Source: Ginglymostoma cirratum (taxonomy: Eukaryota). From it: DNA of 64,000 nucleotides. The notes beneath the pieces were generated by a model that did no database searches, was not told where the DNA came from, and worked only from the letters and a program-made list of their open reading frames with translations. The stretch spans positions 3,080,517-3,144,516 of the forward strand of contig JAHRHZ010000145.1 of the NCBI GenBank assembly GCA_024137785.1, written 5' to 3'. The position numbers and the translations under genes were made by a program. The first letter of the stretch is position 1; the number at the start of each line of letters is the position of its first letter. Positions 1-10,239 of this stretch are shown in pieces.

Positions 1-198
1 GAGTTAGTGCCTGAGACCTATAGGTACAAATTCCAGAATATAAGAAAGCAGTTTGGGCAAATCTATGTTGCATTTGAAAGGGTTCAGCAAAGTAATTTTG
101 ACAGGTGGATACGAGCACTAGAGGGTGAAACCATGTATGAATCTCTCAGGGAGGTTATTCTCTGAGAGGAATTTAAAAACTCACTACCTTCCATAGTG
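1..198 (+). mobile_element. Decayed Gypsy (Gmr1-like) gag fragment with SCAN-like capsid region, truncated by window edge
   Basis: Frame +1 reads ELVPETYRYKFQNIRKQFGQIYVAFERVQQSNFDRWIRALEGETMYESLREVIL*EEFKNSLPSIV. This matches the ELVPEAYRQ.FR...FDRW...LRE.I.LEEF..SLP pattern of SCAN/Gmr1 gag, with one in-frame stop. Confidence 0.75.
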
Positions 199-227
199 TG
201 GTTAAAGATAAAGTTGATATAGTTCTG

Positions 228-415
228 TCAGTCCGTATAACTGCTTTCTCATTACAGAGAGGTGACTAGTGGTGGTTTAACCTAAGAGTCACCATGCCTC
301 AGACAACAGGAGCGGCTGAGAAATGAAGTCTTTCATAGTAACCTCATCCACTGCAGGAATTGATGCTGTTGGAATCACTCTATATTACCAACCAGTCATT
401 CAGCCAACTGAGCTA
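228..415 (-). mobile_element. tRNA-derived SINE (family A; second copy at ~2835-3000)
   Basis: Minus strand begins TAGCTCAGTTGG (A-box-like). The body aligns by eye with 2880-3000. Confidence 0.6.
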
Positions 416-428
416 GTAAGAACTCATG

Positions 429-647
429 AACAAAAACAAAGTTGTTGGAAAAGCTTAGCAGATCTGGCAGCATCTGTGCAGGAAAAAACAGAGTTAACGT
501 TTCAGGTCCGGTGAGGTAGGGTCACCGTACCCGAAACGTTAACTCTGTTTTTTACTTCACAGATGCTGCCAGACCAGCTGAGCTTTTCTAGCAACTTTGT
601 TTTAGTTTCTGATTTATAGCATCTGTAGTTCTTTCGGTTTTTATCTT
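429..647. mobile_element. Short palindromic Penelope-derived element with hammerhead-like motif
   Basis: Arms ~432-515 and ~520-605 are reverse complements. The centre carries TGAGG..GGGTC..ACCC-GAAACGTT. Flanked by GTAAGA(A/G)CTCATG at 416-428 and 648-660. Confidence 0.75.
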
Positions 648-746
648 GTAAGAGCTCATGTTGGGGATCAAAGAGTTGTAACTGCTTGACAGGCAACAAT
701 ATCAACTGACAATTATGAGTTAATCCACAAACTAATCCTTTGTTCC

Positions 747-1360
747 TGTGATGATACTATAGCTTCAAGAGGTGTATTTTGTCTTGGTATTTTTGAAAAG
801 AGGTTTTAAGATAGAGATGTCGAGCTGTGTATTGAAATTCCCATAAAGTAAAAAGTTTTTTTTACATGTAGCAACAGTAGAAACAGCTGAATGGTTGGGG
901 CAAGCTCCCACAAAACCAGTGTATTTTAGCTTTAGCTTTTCAGTAGCAACTGCTGAGGTCTTGAAGCTGGACACAGAAGCTGTTTTTCCTCTCAGTTACA
1001 GCTAAAATCTGGTGGTTCTCTTCCTGCTGCTAGCATTACATGCGAGACAATCTGTTTTACTGGATTTGCCTTTGTCAAGGGTGCGTTTATGGAATGTAAC
1101 TATACTGGAACAGTTACTGTTTAGAGTTAATTAATCTATTATCCAGTTAAGTTTTCCAATAGAGTTATTTCTTCTTTCTTTTGTTGTATTTTAACTATAG
1201 TGTATAAATAAAATGTGCTTTGCTTAATATCTGGTAGTTTTGGCAAATTGAATTGCATCTAGACTGCAACACTTTACACTTACATTTGAAATAAGAAAAT
1301 GTTAGGGTTTAGACTACCTTCTGAATATATTTCGAGAGGTCTGGTCTGATCCTTTACTGG
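747..1360 (+). mobile_element. Probable LTR (may belong to the upstream Gypsy element)
   Basis: Starts TGTGATG, is non-coding, contains AATAAA (~1207) and lies downstream of the gag remnant. No second copy in the window. Confidence 0.35.
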
Positions 1361-1579
1361 TTCTAATAGTTCCTTTACCCTATCGGGTAAAAGGTATAGA
1401 AAATGGGAATGAAAGATAGGCAAGCAGCCAAGGTAAGGAATGGATAGCTGGGAATACTCAAGGGCTTTTTCTCAGATCAGGAAAGTACTGAGCATGGAGA
1501 TGAGAATTGGAAGCCAAAGTGTTCCCATTGTAAGATGGTAGGATATATTTGTTTGGAGTGAGATGGCAAATCAATTAAA

Positions 1580-2425
1580 TACATACTTTGGTCTGTCTTC
1601 ACAAATGAGGATACAAATAATGTCCAAAAATATTGGAACACAGGATTCAGTGAGAGGGCGGAATTGAAGGAAATTAGTATTAATAGGGATATGGTCTTGG
1701 GGAAATTCACGAGATTAAAAATTGATAAATCCCCAGGGCCCAATAATCTATATCCAGGTTACTTAAACAAGTAGATTTAGAAATAGTGGATGCATTGGTG
1801 ATCATCTTTCAAGATGCTATAGATTCTAGAGTAGCTCCTGTGGATTGCAGGTAGCTAATGTAACCCCAATATTATAAAAAAAAGCAGGTCGAGAGAAAAC
1901 AGCGAATTTTGACTTGTTATCCTGACATCAGTAGTATGGAAAATGCTGGAGTCTATTATAGGACTTAACAGCAGAACAGTCAGAAAACAGTGACAGGATC
2001 AGACAGAATCAGAATGGATTTACAAAAGGGAAATCATGGTTAAAATATATTGGAAGTTTTCGAGTATCTAATTAATACAGTTGATTACGGGGTGCCAGTG
2101 GATATGGTTTACTTGGGCTTACAAAGGGCTTTTGATAAGAAATCACGTAAGAAATTAGCGTGTAAAGTTAAAGCGTGTCGGATTGGGAACAGAGTACTAA
2201 CATGGGAAGAGAACTGGTTGGTAGAAAGATTCAAAATGTAAGAATATACAGATCTTTTTCCTAGTGCCAGGCAGTGACTAGTGCGACAACCACAGGGATC
2301 AGTGCTTGGATTGCAGCTATTCACAATATACATTCATGATTTAGACGAAGGCAATAAATGTGATATCTCCAAATTGCGGAAGACACAAAGTTGTGTGGAA
2401 GGTTGTGCTATGAAAATGCAGCAGA
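1580..2425 (+). mobile_element. CR1 LINE ORF2 (RT) fragment, decayed
   Basis: Remnants of KSPGP, ANVTP, DMVYLGLQRAFDK, ENWL and PQGSVLG motifs, with stops and frameshifts. Confidence 0.85.
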
Positions 2426-2834
2426 GGTAAGCCACTTCATTAGCACAAACAGTGTATCAAGTGAAGTGTTAAAGCAGGCCAAATTTGAAAAGGCTCAGAA
2501 TGAAACTGGACATGGAACACAGCAAGGCAGTGTTTTTGGGAAGTTAGTGGAATTATAGTTCATGCAACCTGGACATCATTGTATCCTGTATCTAACTAAA
2601 CATTACAGAAGTATTAATGGCATAAAAGGATAAGAGTTTAAAGAAAAAAAGTTGACTGTCTTAAAGGAGTACATCCATCCAACTTCTAACAAGCGACAAA
2701 CACTACAAAAGAATGTGGGTCTAACGGTCAATGAGATGAGATCAGTGATAAGTGTGATATATGTTACAAAAATACAGAATGACAAAATCATGGCCCACAG
2801 AGAGTCTCTCATTAGCAAGAGGCTTGTATTAAGT

Positions 2835-3000
2835 TGACTTGACTTGTTGGTAAAGCTATGCGAAGTCGCTGTAGTCGTGAAGGACCATAGGGTTGCTCGC
2901 CCATTAGAGAGAAATGACTGATGCAGTTTCACCGGAGGGTCACAGTGCCTCAGGTGAGGGGAGAGGTTGAGAAGAAGAGTTCTTTATGGTAATTTCAGCT
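2835..3000 (-). mobile_element. SINE family A fragment inserted in the copia integrase
   Basis: Similar to 228-350. Interrupts the integrase after the CDIC zinc-finger remnant (~2753). Confidence 0.55.
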
Positions 3001-3075
3001 GTGTGTATGGTATAAGGAAAAAAGCATTTTCATCTCGCACTTCTTCCATTGGCAAATAGATTTAGCCACTCTACA

Positions 3076-3212
3076 TTTTCTTTTTAATTTAATTTATTTT
3101 TCTAATCAACCTGTTCAGAGAGGTTATGACACACCTCTGGAGCATGTGGGACTTAAACCCGGGTATCTCGGTCCATGGGTAAGGACACAACCACTGCATC
3201 ATAAAAGCACTG
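3076..3212 (-). mobile_element. ~110-bp tRNA-derived SINE (family B) with A-rich tail, fused downstream of U6
   Basis: Minus strand has TGATGCAGTGG (A box) and GGTTTAAGTCCC (B box), ends ...GAACAGGTTGATTAGA and has an A-rich tail at 3076-3101. Other copies at 6151, 7760, 7884, 28855 and 31255. Confidence 0.8.
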
Positions 3213-3317
3213 AAAAATATGGAAACCTTCATGAATTTGTGTGTCATCCTTGCCCAGGGGCCATGCTAATTGTCTCCGTATCATTCCAATTTTAACAAAT
3301 GTGCTGCCAAAGTGAGC
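3213..3317 (-). pseudogene. RNU6: U6 snRNA retropseudogene, near full length
   Basis: Reverse complement aligns without gaps to vertebrate U6 nt 3-107 (..GGCAGCACAT..AAAATTGGAA..ATTAGCATGGCCCCTG..AAGGATGACAC..TTCCATATTTTT). About 14 mismatches by eye, many at CpG. The ACAGAGA box is mutated to ACGGAGA. Confidence 0.95.
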
Positions 3318-5010
3318 CAGTCTACAATATATAGTAAGAGGAAACAGGTGACTGTTGACAATTCATGGCGAAATGGACAGAAACTAGACTGGAGGCAATG
3401 AGCTAGATTCCTCACTGACAATGGGGTGAGATTTGTCAATTATGATTTTATTGATGTATGTGAAAATATGAACATTATAGAAATGACTATGACTGCAGAA
3501 AGTCCCTTTAATAATGGAGTTTGTGAAATAAATCATGCAGTAATAGATGAGATGCTTCAGTAAAGCTTAATAGACCAACTAGTCCATGGGCAGTCATTCC
3601 ATGAAAATAACTCACTGCAAATGGTTGGGAGCTACATTCCATATCAATTGGCTTTTTGCAGAATTCCAAAAATGTCTTCAGTAAAAAGTGACTATTCTCC
3701 AGTTTGGGAAAGGATTACAATCAGCTCCACTTCTTCTTAGAATATGAATACCCTGCATGAAGGGAGAAGGGAATTAAGACTAAGGTTTCAGAGAAAATGT
3801 GGGAGTTAAATGGCATCATTTGCCTTCAAAAATGAATTTTAATCTAGGGTCATAGTATATTATAAAGAAATTGTAACTTTACAATATGGCAATCAGCCTG
3901 TTAGAGTGCATAACTTGAGGTTGACTGACACTGCTTGTACCTTTACCGAATTAAAACAATTCATAGATGTGGTACTGTGCACTTCCAATATGCGTATCTT
4001 GAACAATTATAAGCAGTAGATTATGGGAGGTGAAGGGCCGACCGAGTAGGGACAAAGTGATGTTGACGCATAGAATAGGCTATTTATCCACACGAACAAC
4101 TACCAAGGGTCTGCATATATGTGACAGAAAGACGCAGTGAATGGAGGGATGCCACCATAATCAGGACAGCCTGGAATGTCACCAACCTATAGAAACATTG
4201 CCTAAATGTGCAAGATGAGGGACAGGAGGTAAAATCCTTGGATCAGCAAAATGAGGCAAAGACGTGGAAGGCCAGAAAACAAGTTCTGAAAGTGAATTTG
4301 GAAGTGAACACAGTTGTATGAAAACATCATGGACTTGTGATGGGTGTTTTGACCATGGGAGGGGGTGGATTTGCCGTAATAGTTTTGAATACGATAGGAA
4401 GTCGATTAGAGGTCATAGTCTGGTAAGTTCAATGGAACAGAATTGGAATACCATCAGAAGTAGAAGTGTTTATGATTAAAAAGTTTTAGTGGCCACTAAT
4501 AAATTAAAAGATAAGTTGATAAAGGATGCCAAACAAAAAGGATTGAAAAAACTGGTGTATACACTAAGGTGCTAGATAACACAGCCTTGTATTGTCACCA
4601 GAAAAAGTGCTTCCTGATGGTACATATAAGGTTAAACCCAGGTTAGTGGCTTGGGTTTTGAAGACAGATCTACTGACCAAAATTCTGGGTTGATTCCCCT
4701 ATAGCAAGAAGAGTAAGCCTGAAGATTTTCTTAGCTCTTTCAGCAACATATTTCTGGGAAGGTGATTTGGTTGATATAAAAACTACAATTTTCAAGAGGT
4801 GAAATTTCAACGGAAAGTTTTATCGAAGTCACCCACAGAAATCAGGATGATACAGAACTGAAATTATGGAAAATAAACAACTATGTTTATGGATTGAATC
4901 AAGGGTTGCTACATCTCAGTTTGGTCTGTTGCTGAAAGCAGATTGTATTCTGTTAAAAGTAGACACAGTCATGTTTTATTGGCATCATAAGACTAAACTA
5001 ACGGGTATAT

Positions 5011-5107
5011 TTCTGAAGAAGGGTCTTGGCCCGAAACGCCAGCTTTCCTGCTCCTTTGATTCTGTCTGGCCTGCTGTGTTCATCCAGCTCTACACCATGT
5101 TATCTTG
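5011..5107 (+). mobile_element. Short Penelope-derived element (hammerhead-like core) inserted in copia RT
   Basis: CTGAAGA-AGGGTCTTGGCCC-GAAACGCC. Flanked by GGGTATATTT and GGGTATTTTT, and the copia RT frame resumes after it. Confidence 0.7.
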
Positions 5108-5937
5108 GGTATTTTTATGATATGTGTTAATGCTTTTCCGAGGAGAACTTCTGCAGAATTTGAGCAATATGTAATAGTTAAATTAAAATAAAGCTGAAAT
5201 GGTTATGTATGCTCTCTGGATGCGACGCCACTTGTGGAACTGCACCATGATAAAATATGCTACATTTGAGGAAGTTCTCAGATCCAATTAAACAGAGAAG
5301 AAATTAAATTCAGAGAAATGTGCACCCAAGTTTCCAGCCTTGGATGATCCAAAAGATAAGATGCTAGTCATCGTGGTTACGCTCAACATGCCAATCATCT
5401 TAATGGATATTCTATTATGGCAGAGTTTATCATATTTTTGATTGGAAACAATCATAAATATTGTGCTAATGATTGGCCTGAGAAACTAAGAAAATATAAA
5501 GAGGTAAGACATAATTAAAAGGACCTTAGCTGCTAAACACTGAAAATACTGGAACCAAGATATGGGAGATACTTGTCTAAATTTTTGAAAGAAATCTTAA
5601 ACAAGATGTAATCTGGGGCAAAAAAAGATTGCTCATGGAATACCTTGTAGATAATAGTTCTTTGTAGACAATGTTCATTCGACAAAGGGTGTTGCAGAGA
5701 CGAAGTTGAGAATTGACTAGTGTGAAATGTGGGAAAGAAACGAGGTCTCTAAAAGAAAAGTGTCAACGCAAGTCACCAACTGATAGACTGTTTTAAGAAG
5801 GGGAATGTGTGCCTGAAGAAATTATCAGATGTTCTTGAAGAGGTACATCTTGTATTATAAGAACATAGGAAAATTAACATGGTTTGGATTGCTTTGAAAT
5901 TGTATATAATGTATATTTTTCTTTAAAGATGGGAGAA

Positions 5938-6392
5938 TATTAAATACGGAAGGTTGAATATATTATAATACAAGACAAGACAAGGACCATGGAAATGAAT
6001 CATTTTGATCTCCTTTTATTTTATCTGTATATTAAAAAAAATTATTTAAATACAAGATGAGGCCTGATAATGAAGGTTAGAAAGAAAATAGGTGACGTCT
6101 GTCAATTGATATATAGATATATGAAGGGTGAAGCTATATACAGGGTAAACAGGATCTTGTGGAGCTATGGTAGTGGTAGTGTCCCTAGGTCTGGGCCATA
6201 AAGTTCAGGTTCAAGTCCCACTTGCCCCAGAGATGTGCCACAATAGGTTAATTTTTTTTTTTAAAAAGGGGGATACAGCTACAACTGGATGTGTAAGAGC
6301 TGCTGGTTTGGTGTAATCAATAAACTGCACAAAAAAGTTTATGTCTTTTTGTTTCCATTATAACAACCTGGTTAAAATTAAATATCACCACA
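5938..6392 (+). mobile_element. Probable 3' LTR of the copia element (contains a family-B SINE at ~6151-6270)
   Basis: Directly follows the purine tract AAAGATGGGAGAA, has AATAAA at ~6319 and ends near ...ATCACCACA. Confidence 0.4.
6151..6270 (+). mobile_element. Family-B tRNA SINE
   Basis: TCTTGTGG..GTAGTGGTAGTGTCCCTA..GGTTCAAGTCCCAC..CCAGAGATGTG. Confidence 0.7.
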
Positions 6393-6814
6393 GCATCTAT
6401 ACACTTTCTCCTATCATACTTCCTTCTTGACATTTGCTTACGCTCATCTAATCCTTAAAAAAAGTTCATTCATTTTACCTTTCTCTGGCTACAGTCTGAA
6501 ACTTTCCAAGATTGTGAAAATCTGTGCTTAACTAGCAGATTAAGATTACCTGAGTGCCAATTTGACTTATTGCATGGATATTCCACTGGTGATTTTGGTA
6601 GCTATGTCATCTCTGAAGGTACAATCTTGAACACCCTGTAAATCCATAAGGCCTTGGTATAGTTTGGCACAATGTTCTTCAAAACAAAGCAACATCATAC
6701 ACTCTCCCACAAATCTTATGTCAATAGCTTTCTAATTTCCTTTCAAATCACTCCAGTTAAAGTTGTAGTTTGTTGTATGACTGTTCCCAAAGAGATCTGT
6801 TCTCTCTCCTATAA

Positions 6815-6912
6815 TAAAAACAGAAAGTGCTGGAAGTACTCAGCAGGTCTGGTAGTATCAGTGCAGAGTGAAACAGTCAATGTTTCAAGTTGAATATAAC
6901 ATCATCAGAGCT
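6815..6912 (-). mobile_element. Short Penelope-derived fragment
   Basis: AAAAACAGAAAGTGCTGGAAGTACTCAGCAGGTCTGG arm, as at 432 and 31560. Minus strand carries CTGATGA...GAAAC. Confidence 0.6.
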
Positions 6913-7189
6913 AAGTTCGCTATTCCATCCAGACATGAATAACAGCCAATGTTTGCCAAAACAGAGGGATCCCAGATTAGTTCTAGATTGGTCTTCAGGC
7001 CACATTATCATAATTCCTGCAAGCTGTGGGTACTAATCAGACAGCCCAATGTTTGGGACCTGATCAATTCACCCACAGGTAAATCTGTGGAGGAAGTGGT
7101 TGGAAGAATACAAGCTACGTAGGTTAACATGGTGATGCAGAGAAAGGAAACATACCAAATACACCAGTAGCAATCAATTCATGGTGCTG

Positions 7190-7400
7190 CTTAAGAGATG
7201 AATATTAGATAGGAAATTGGGAGAACCCTTCTTCATTTTGAATAGTTTCATGGGATTTCTCTCCAGTTTAATTTCTTATTGAAGGACAGCGCATTCAACA
7301 AAAAAACACTCACTCAATATTGCCCTGAAGTACTAGCCTAAATAGTGCAGTCTAGCCTTGGAATGTGTCTGAACCTACAATTTAGCAACTCAGCAACAAG
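7190..7400 (-). mobile_element. Old Deu-domain-type SINE (SacSINE1-like), degraded
   Basis: GGGAGAAC..GAATAG..CATGGGAT..GTTTAA..GAACCTACAA pattern, shared with 33240-33545. Confidence 0.5.
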
Positions 7401-7759
7401 ATTTTTGAAAAGAAACATAAAGCTTAATTGTCATTTAAATGACAAATGCTGCTCATGTAATTTCCAGACTGCTAACTGGCTTTCTTTTTGCTTCTTTTAT
7501 ATGACTGTGTTGCATCTGTAACAGAGTGTGTGAGATTCTCAGAAGTTAAATGCACGACACTTGAGAGTGTGTGTGTACGCAAATGTGTATTGAATCAGGT
7601 GTGTATTCATTATACATTAAAACTTAAATTTTGATGAAAAATTGTTATTTTAGTAAGGGACATAAAACCAGTCAATTTTTACTTCTAATACCTGGCTTGT
7701 CTTCAGCAGTCCTGGGGAATTTACAAACATAATCAAAATGCTTCCTTCATATAGTTTAT

Positions 7760-7997
7760 AACCAACCTTTTCAGAGATAGTGTGACAAACCCTTGTAGGA
7801 TGGGCCTTGAACCTTGTCTCTCAGCTTGGAAGTAGGGACACTACCACGGCATCACAAGAGCCCCTCTGAAATGTTCTTCATTTTCTAATCAACCAGTTCA
7901 GAGATGGTATTAAACACCTCTGGAGCAGGTGGAACTTGAGCCAGGGCTCCCTTGGGTCAGAGGGAGGAACACTACCACTGCACCACAACAGCCCCTC
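7760..7997 (-). mobile_element. Tandem pair of family-B SINEs
   Basis: Two head-to-tail units (~7760-7866 and ~7884-7997), each ending CACAA(G/C)AGCCCCTC on the plus strand. Confidence 0.75.
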
Positions 7998-8405
7998 CAA
8001 AGTGTTGAGTGTTTAGCTGATGTCAAGAGGTGCTCATTTAAACCTCACTGGTAGTAAATAAACATCTAGGGCTGATTTTGAGGATGGAAACCAAGTTAAG
8101 TGTGACTCCATTTAGCAGCCAACAACATCAGCCATGTTCCAAATCCCAAAAAATTTGTCAGTATGACCATGATGATTCAACTGTTTATTTTTATGCAATA
8201 GCATAGCACACCAATTCAGTGAATTAATTGCTAATATTTGTTTAAATATTTGCATTCAGCAAACAACAGCAAATTGTCTAATCAAATAGCAACTCGTGAT
8301 AAGATCGATCCTTTGTTCTCTCTTCAGCATAGTCAGCTTTGAACAGGCAGTTGATTACTATTTTGCCATTACATATTGTTAGTAAAGAAAGACAGCAAAT
8401 CTCAC

Positions 8406-8537
8406 CAACAAATTTTTGCGGTGTGGAGCTTTTACGCTTTCCTACATTGCTTGATAGCCTCTCTATGACTGCAGGTCTCTCAAATGACATCAGAGGAATG
8501 TGATCTGCTACTGGATCCTGCTCCTTGTACTCATCTG
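8406..8537 (-). CDS. IKZF2: IKZF2 (Helios) internal coding exon after ZF4 (132 bp, or 129 bp with the distal acceptor)
   Basis: Reads (A)[43 protein letters not shown](G), matching Helios [23 protein letters not shown]. Acceptor ctctgCAG|CAG, donor G|GTGAG at 8405, phase 1 at both ends. Confidence 0.95.
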
Positions 8538-10239
8538 CTGCAGAGAACAGTGAACATTCAAAATGTGAAAACACCAATCCATAGAAGTTTTTACTTTAAG
8601 TATCTCTTTTAAATTATTATATTAATAATATAATGCTGTTAAAATTAACAGTTAAAGTGCTGAATATTTTAGAAATACAGGGACTAGTTTATCAGAGGAT
8701 AAAGTGCTCATACAAAAGACTTCATTGCTAGTATATGGGCGATATTTAAACATAATAGAATGTCTCAATTTTCAGAAGAATTCAACTTGTTACGTTTCAA
8801 CAGCATTATGTTTCAATAACAATGCAATTTCTTTGAAATATTGCAATGAGGACAAATGGTGTTTTCTGCTTGACTATATTGAAGCTTGACAAACTTTTAC
8901 ATGTAAATTAAGATTTGGAAACTTAAGGCAATGCTAAATGATTAATTATGTTCTGTCACCACATGAAAATATATTATTACTGGAAAAGTAAATTAAAGTT
9001 AATTTGTTGGTTGAACTTTCATTTTCTGCCAAGTACACCCATAATTTTTGTAGTTTTAAATGGTATGATGTTCTATGTTATAACTGACAAAGGATATTGC
9101 TGCTGTGTTAAAAATAGCCAAAACTTTTATGTTCTAACTCTCTACTCCCTTTATTATATTTATCAGATGAACACGTATTGTATTATTTGATTCAAAGAGA
9201 AAAAAAATCCACTTTTTATATATATGCTAATAAAGGACACTGTTGACCCCAACTAATTTAATTCAACTAATATCCGTGAAAAAATATCTGCAAACAATAA
9301 CCTGACACAATGCCTCTTGTATTTGTTTAGGAACTGAGTTTTATGATTAAAATTATATGGTGAAAATTAAACATTTTGCTAAGGAATAGAAAATAAAGAA
9401 ATTAATTGTGCAAAGAGGCAAGATTAAAGTGTACAGACAAATTCTTCATAAGCTGTGGATCGGGGAACAGCAGCATTTTAGAAATGCAATGCTGTACTGC
9501 TAACTGTTTTGCCTCCATGCAGTTTGGCTGAGAAATGATAGCACCAAATCGTTGCAACCTATCCAATCTCAGACAACCATGAGCAGACACAAAACATTCC
9601 CTCTGCTTTTTAAATGGATGGTTTCTTCAAATCCGTTAAGTCTTTTGCTGACTGAGGTAATAAAGAACATTTCTAGTGAGTGGTTCCACTATTATCAGGA
9701 ATATCTGAAAAAGAAAAATCAAAGACTTGTGACTCCTTGCAGTATTAATCCGATAGAGGCCAAACAAGGGAGGACGATTGTCAAGCAGAGGGTTAATGGG
9801 CTAAATTTTGAAGCAATTTCTGAACAGGTCAAAATGTTTAAATTCAAAAAGGCTATAGTTTCCAAGCCATCATCATGAAGGTCTAATGGCAACAGATGTA
9901 TCCAATGGCTATGAAAGGTGAAGGTGAGGGGAAGTCTCCCAGAACAACTGAGCACTGCCACTTCCCTTTGCCTACTATTGGGAGGTCATCTCCATTTCTC
10001 GGCCATGTACATTCTTCAGTGATATTTCTGGTGCCAACTGGAAATTCCAGGCTTATTAGGCCTGTTAAACAGCTAATGAGTAACCTGTGACTTGTGAGTA
10101 GTAGCTCTTATCCACACCCTGAACAAAAACGGCCTGGAGGCAACAGCATATCAGCAGATTGGTACACTTATCGACAGCACGAAATTGCAGGCTTGCCTTT
10201 CTCCAGTCAGGCAAATGAACATTCTGCTCAGAATCTCAC

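Larger units (their letters stand above)
2430..5937 (+). mobile_element. Decayed Ty1/copia LTR retrotransposon internal region (PR-IN-RT-RH order), GalEa-like
   Basis: Integrase at 3408-3563 reads FLTDNGVRFVNYDFIDVCENMNIIEMTMTAESPFNNGVCEINH (exact D-35-E). RT motifs: KVLPDGTYKVKPRLVA (~4604), DSPIARRVSLKIFLAL..W..DIK (~4692), KLWKINNYVYGLN (4861). RNase H motifs: DNVHSTKGVAETKLRID and HQLIDCFKKG (~5667-5803). Purine tract at 5925-5937. Confidence 0.85.

Noticed and set aside
3213-3317. Functional U6 snRNA gene
   Set aside because: The ACAGAGA box is mutated, CpG decay is evident, the first nucleotides are missing, upstream DNA is copia integrase rather than a PSE/TATA promoter, and the copy is TSD-flanked.
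7525-7605. GT/GA-rich stretch as a functional repeat array
   Set aside because: Short degenerate microsatellite-like sequence with no regular units.
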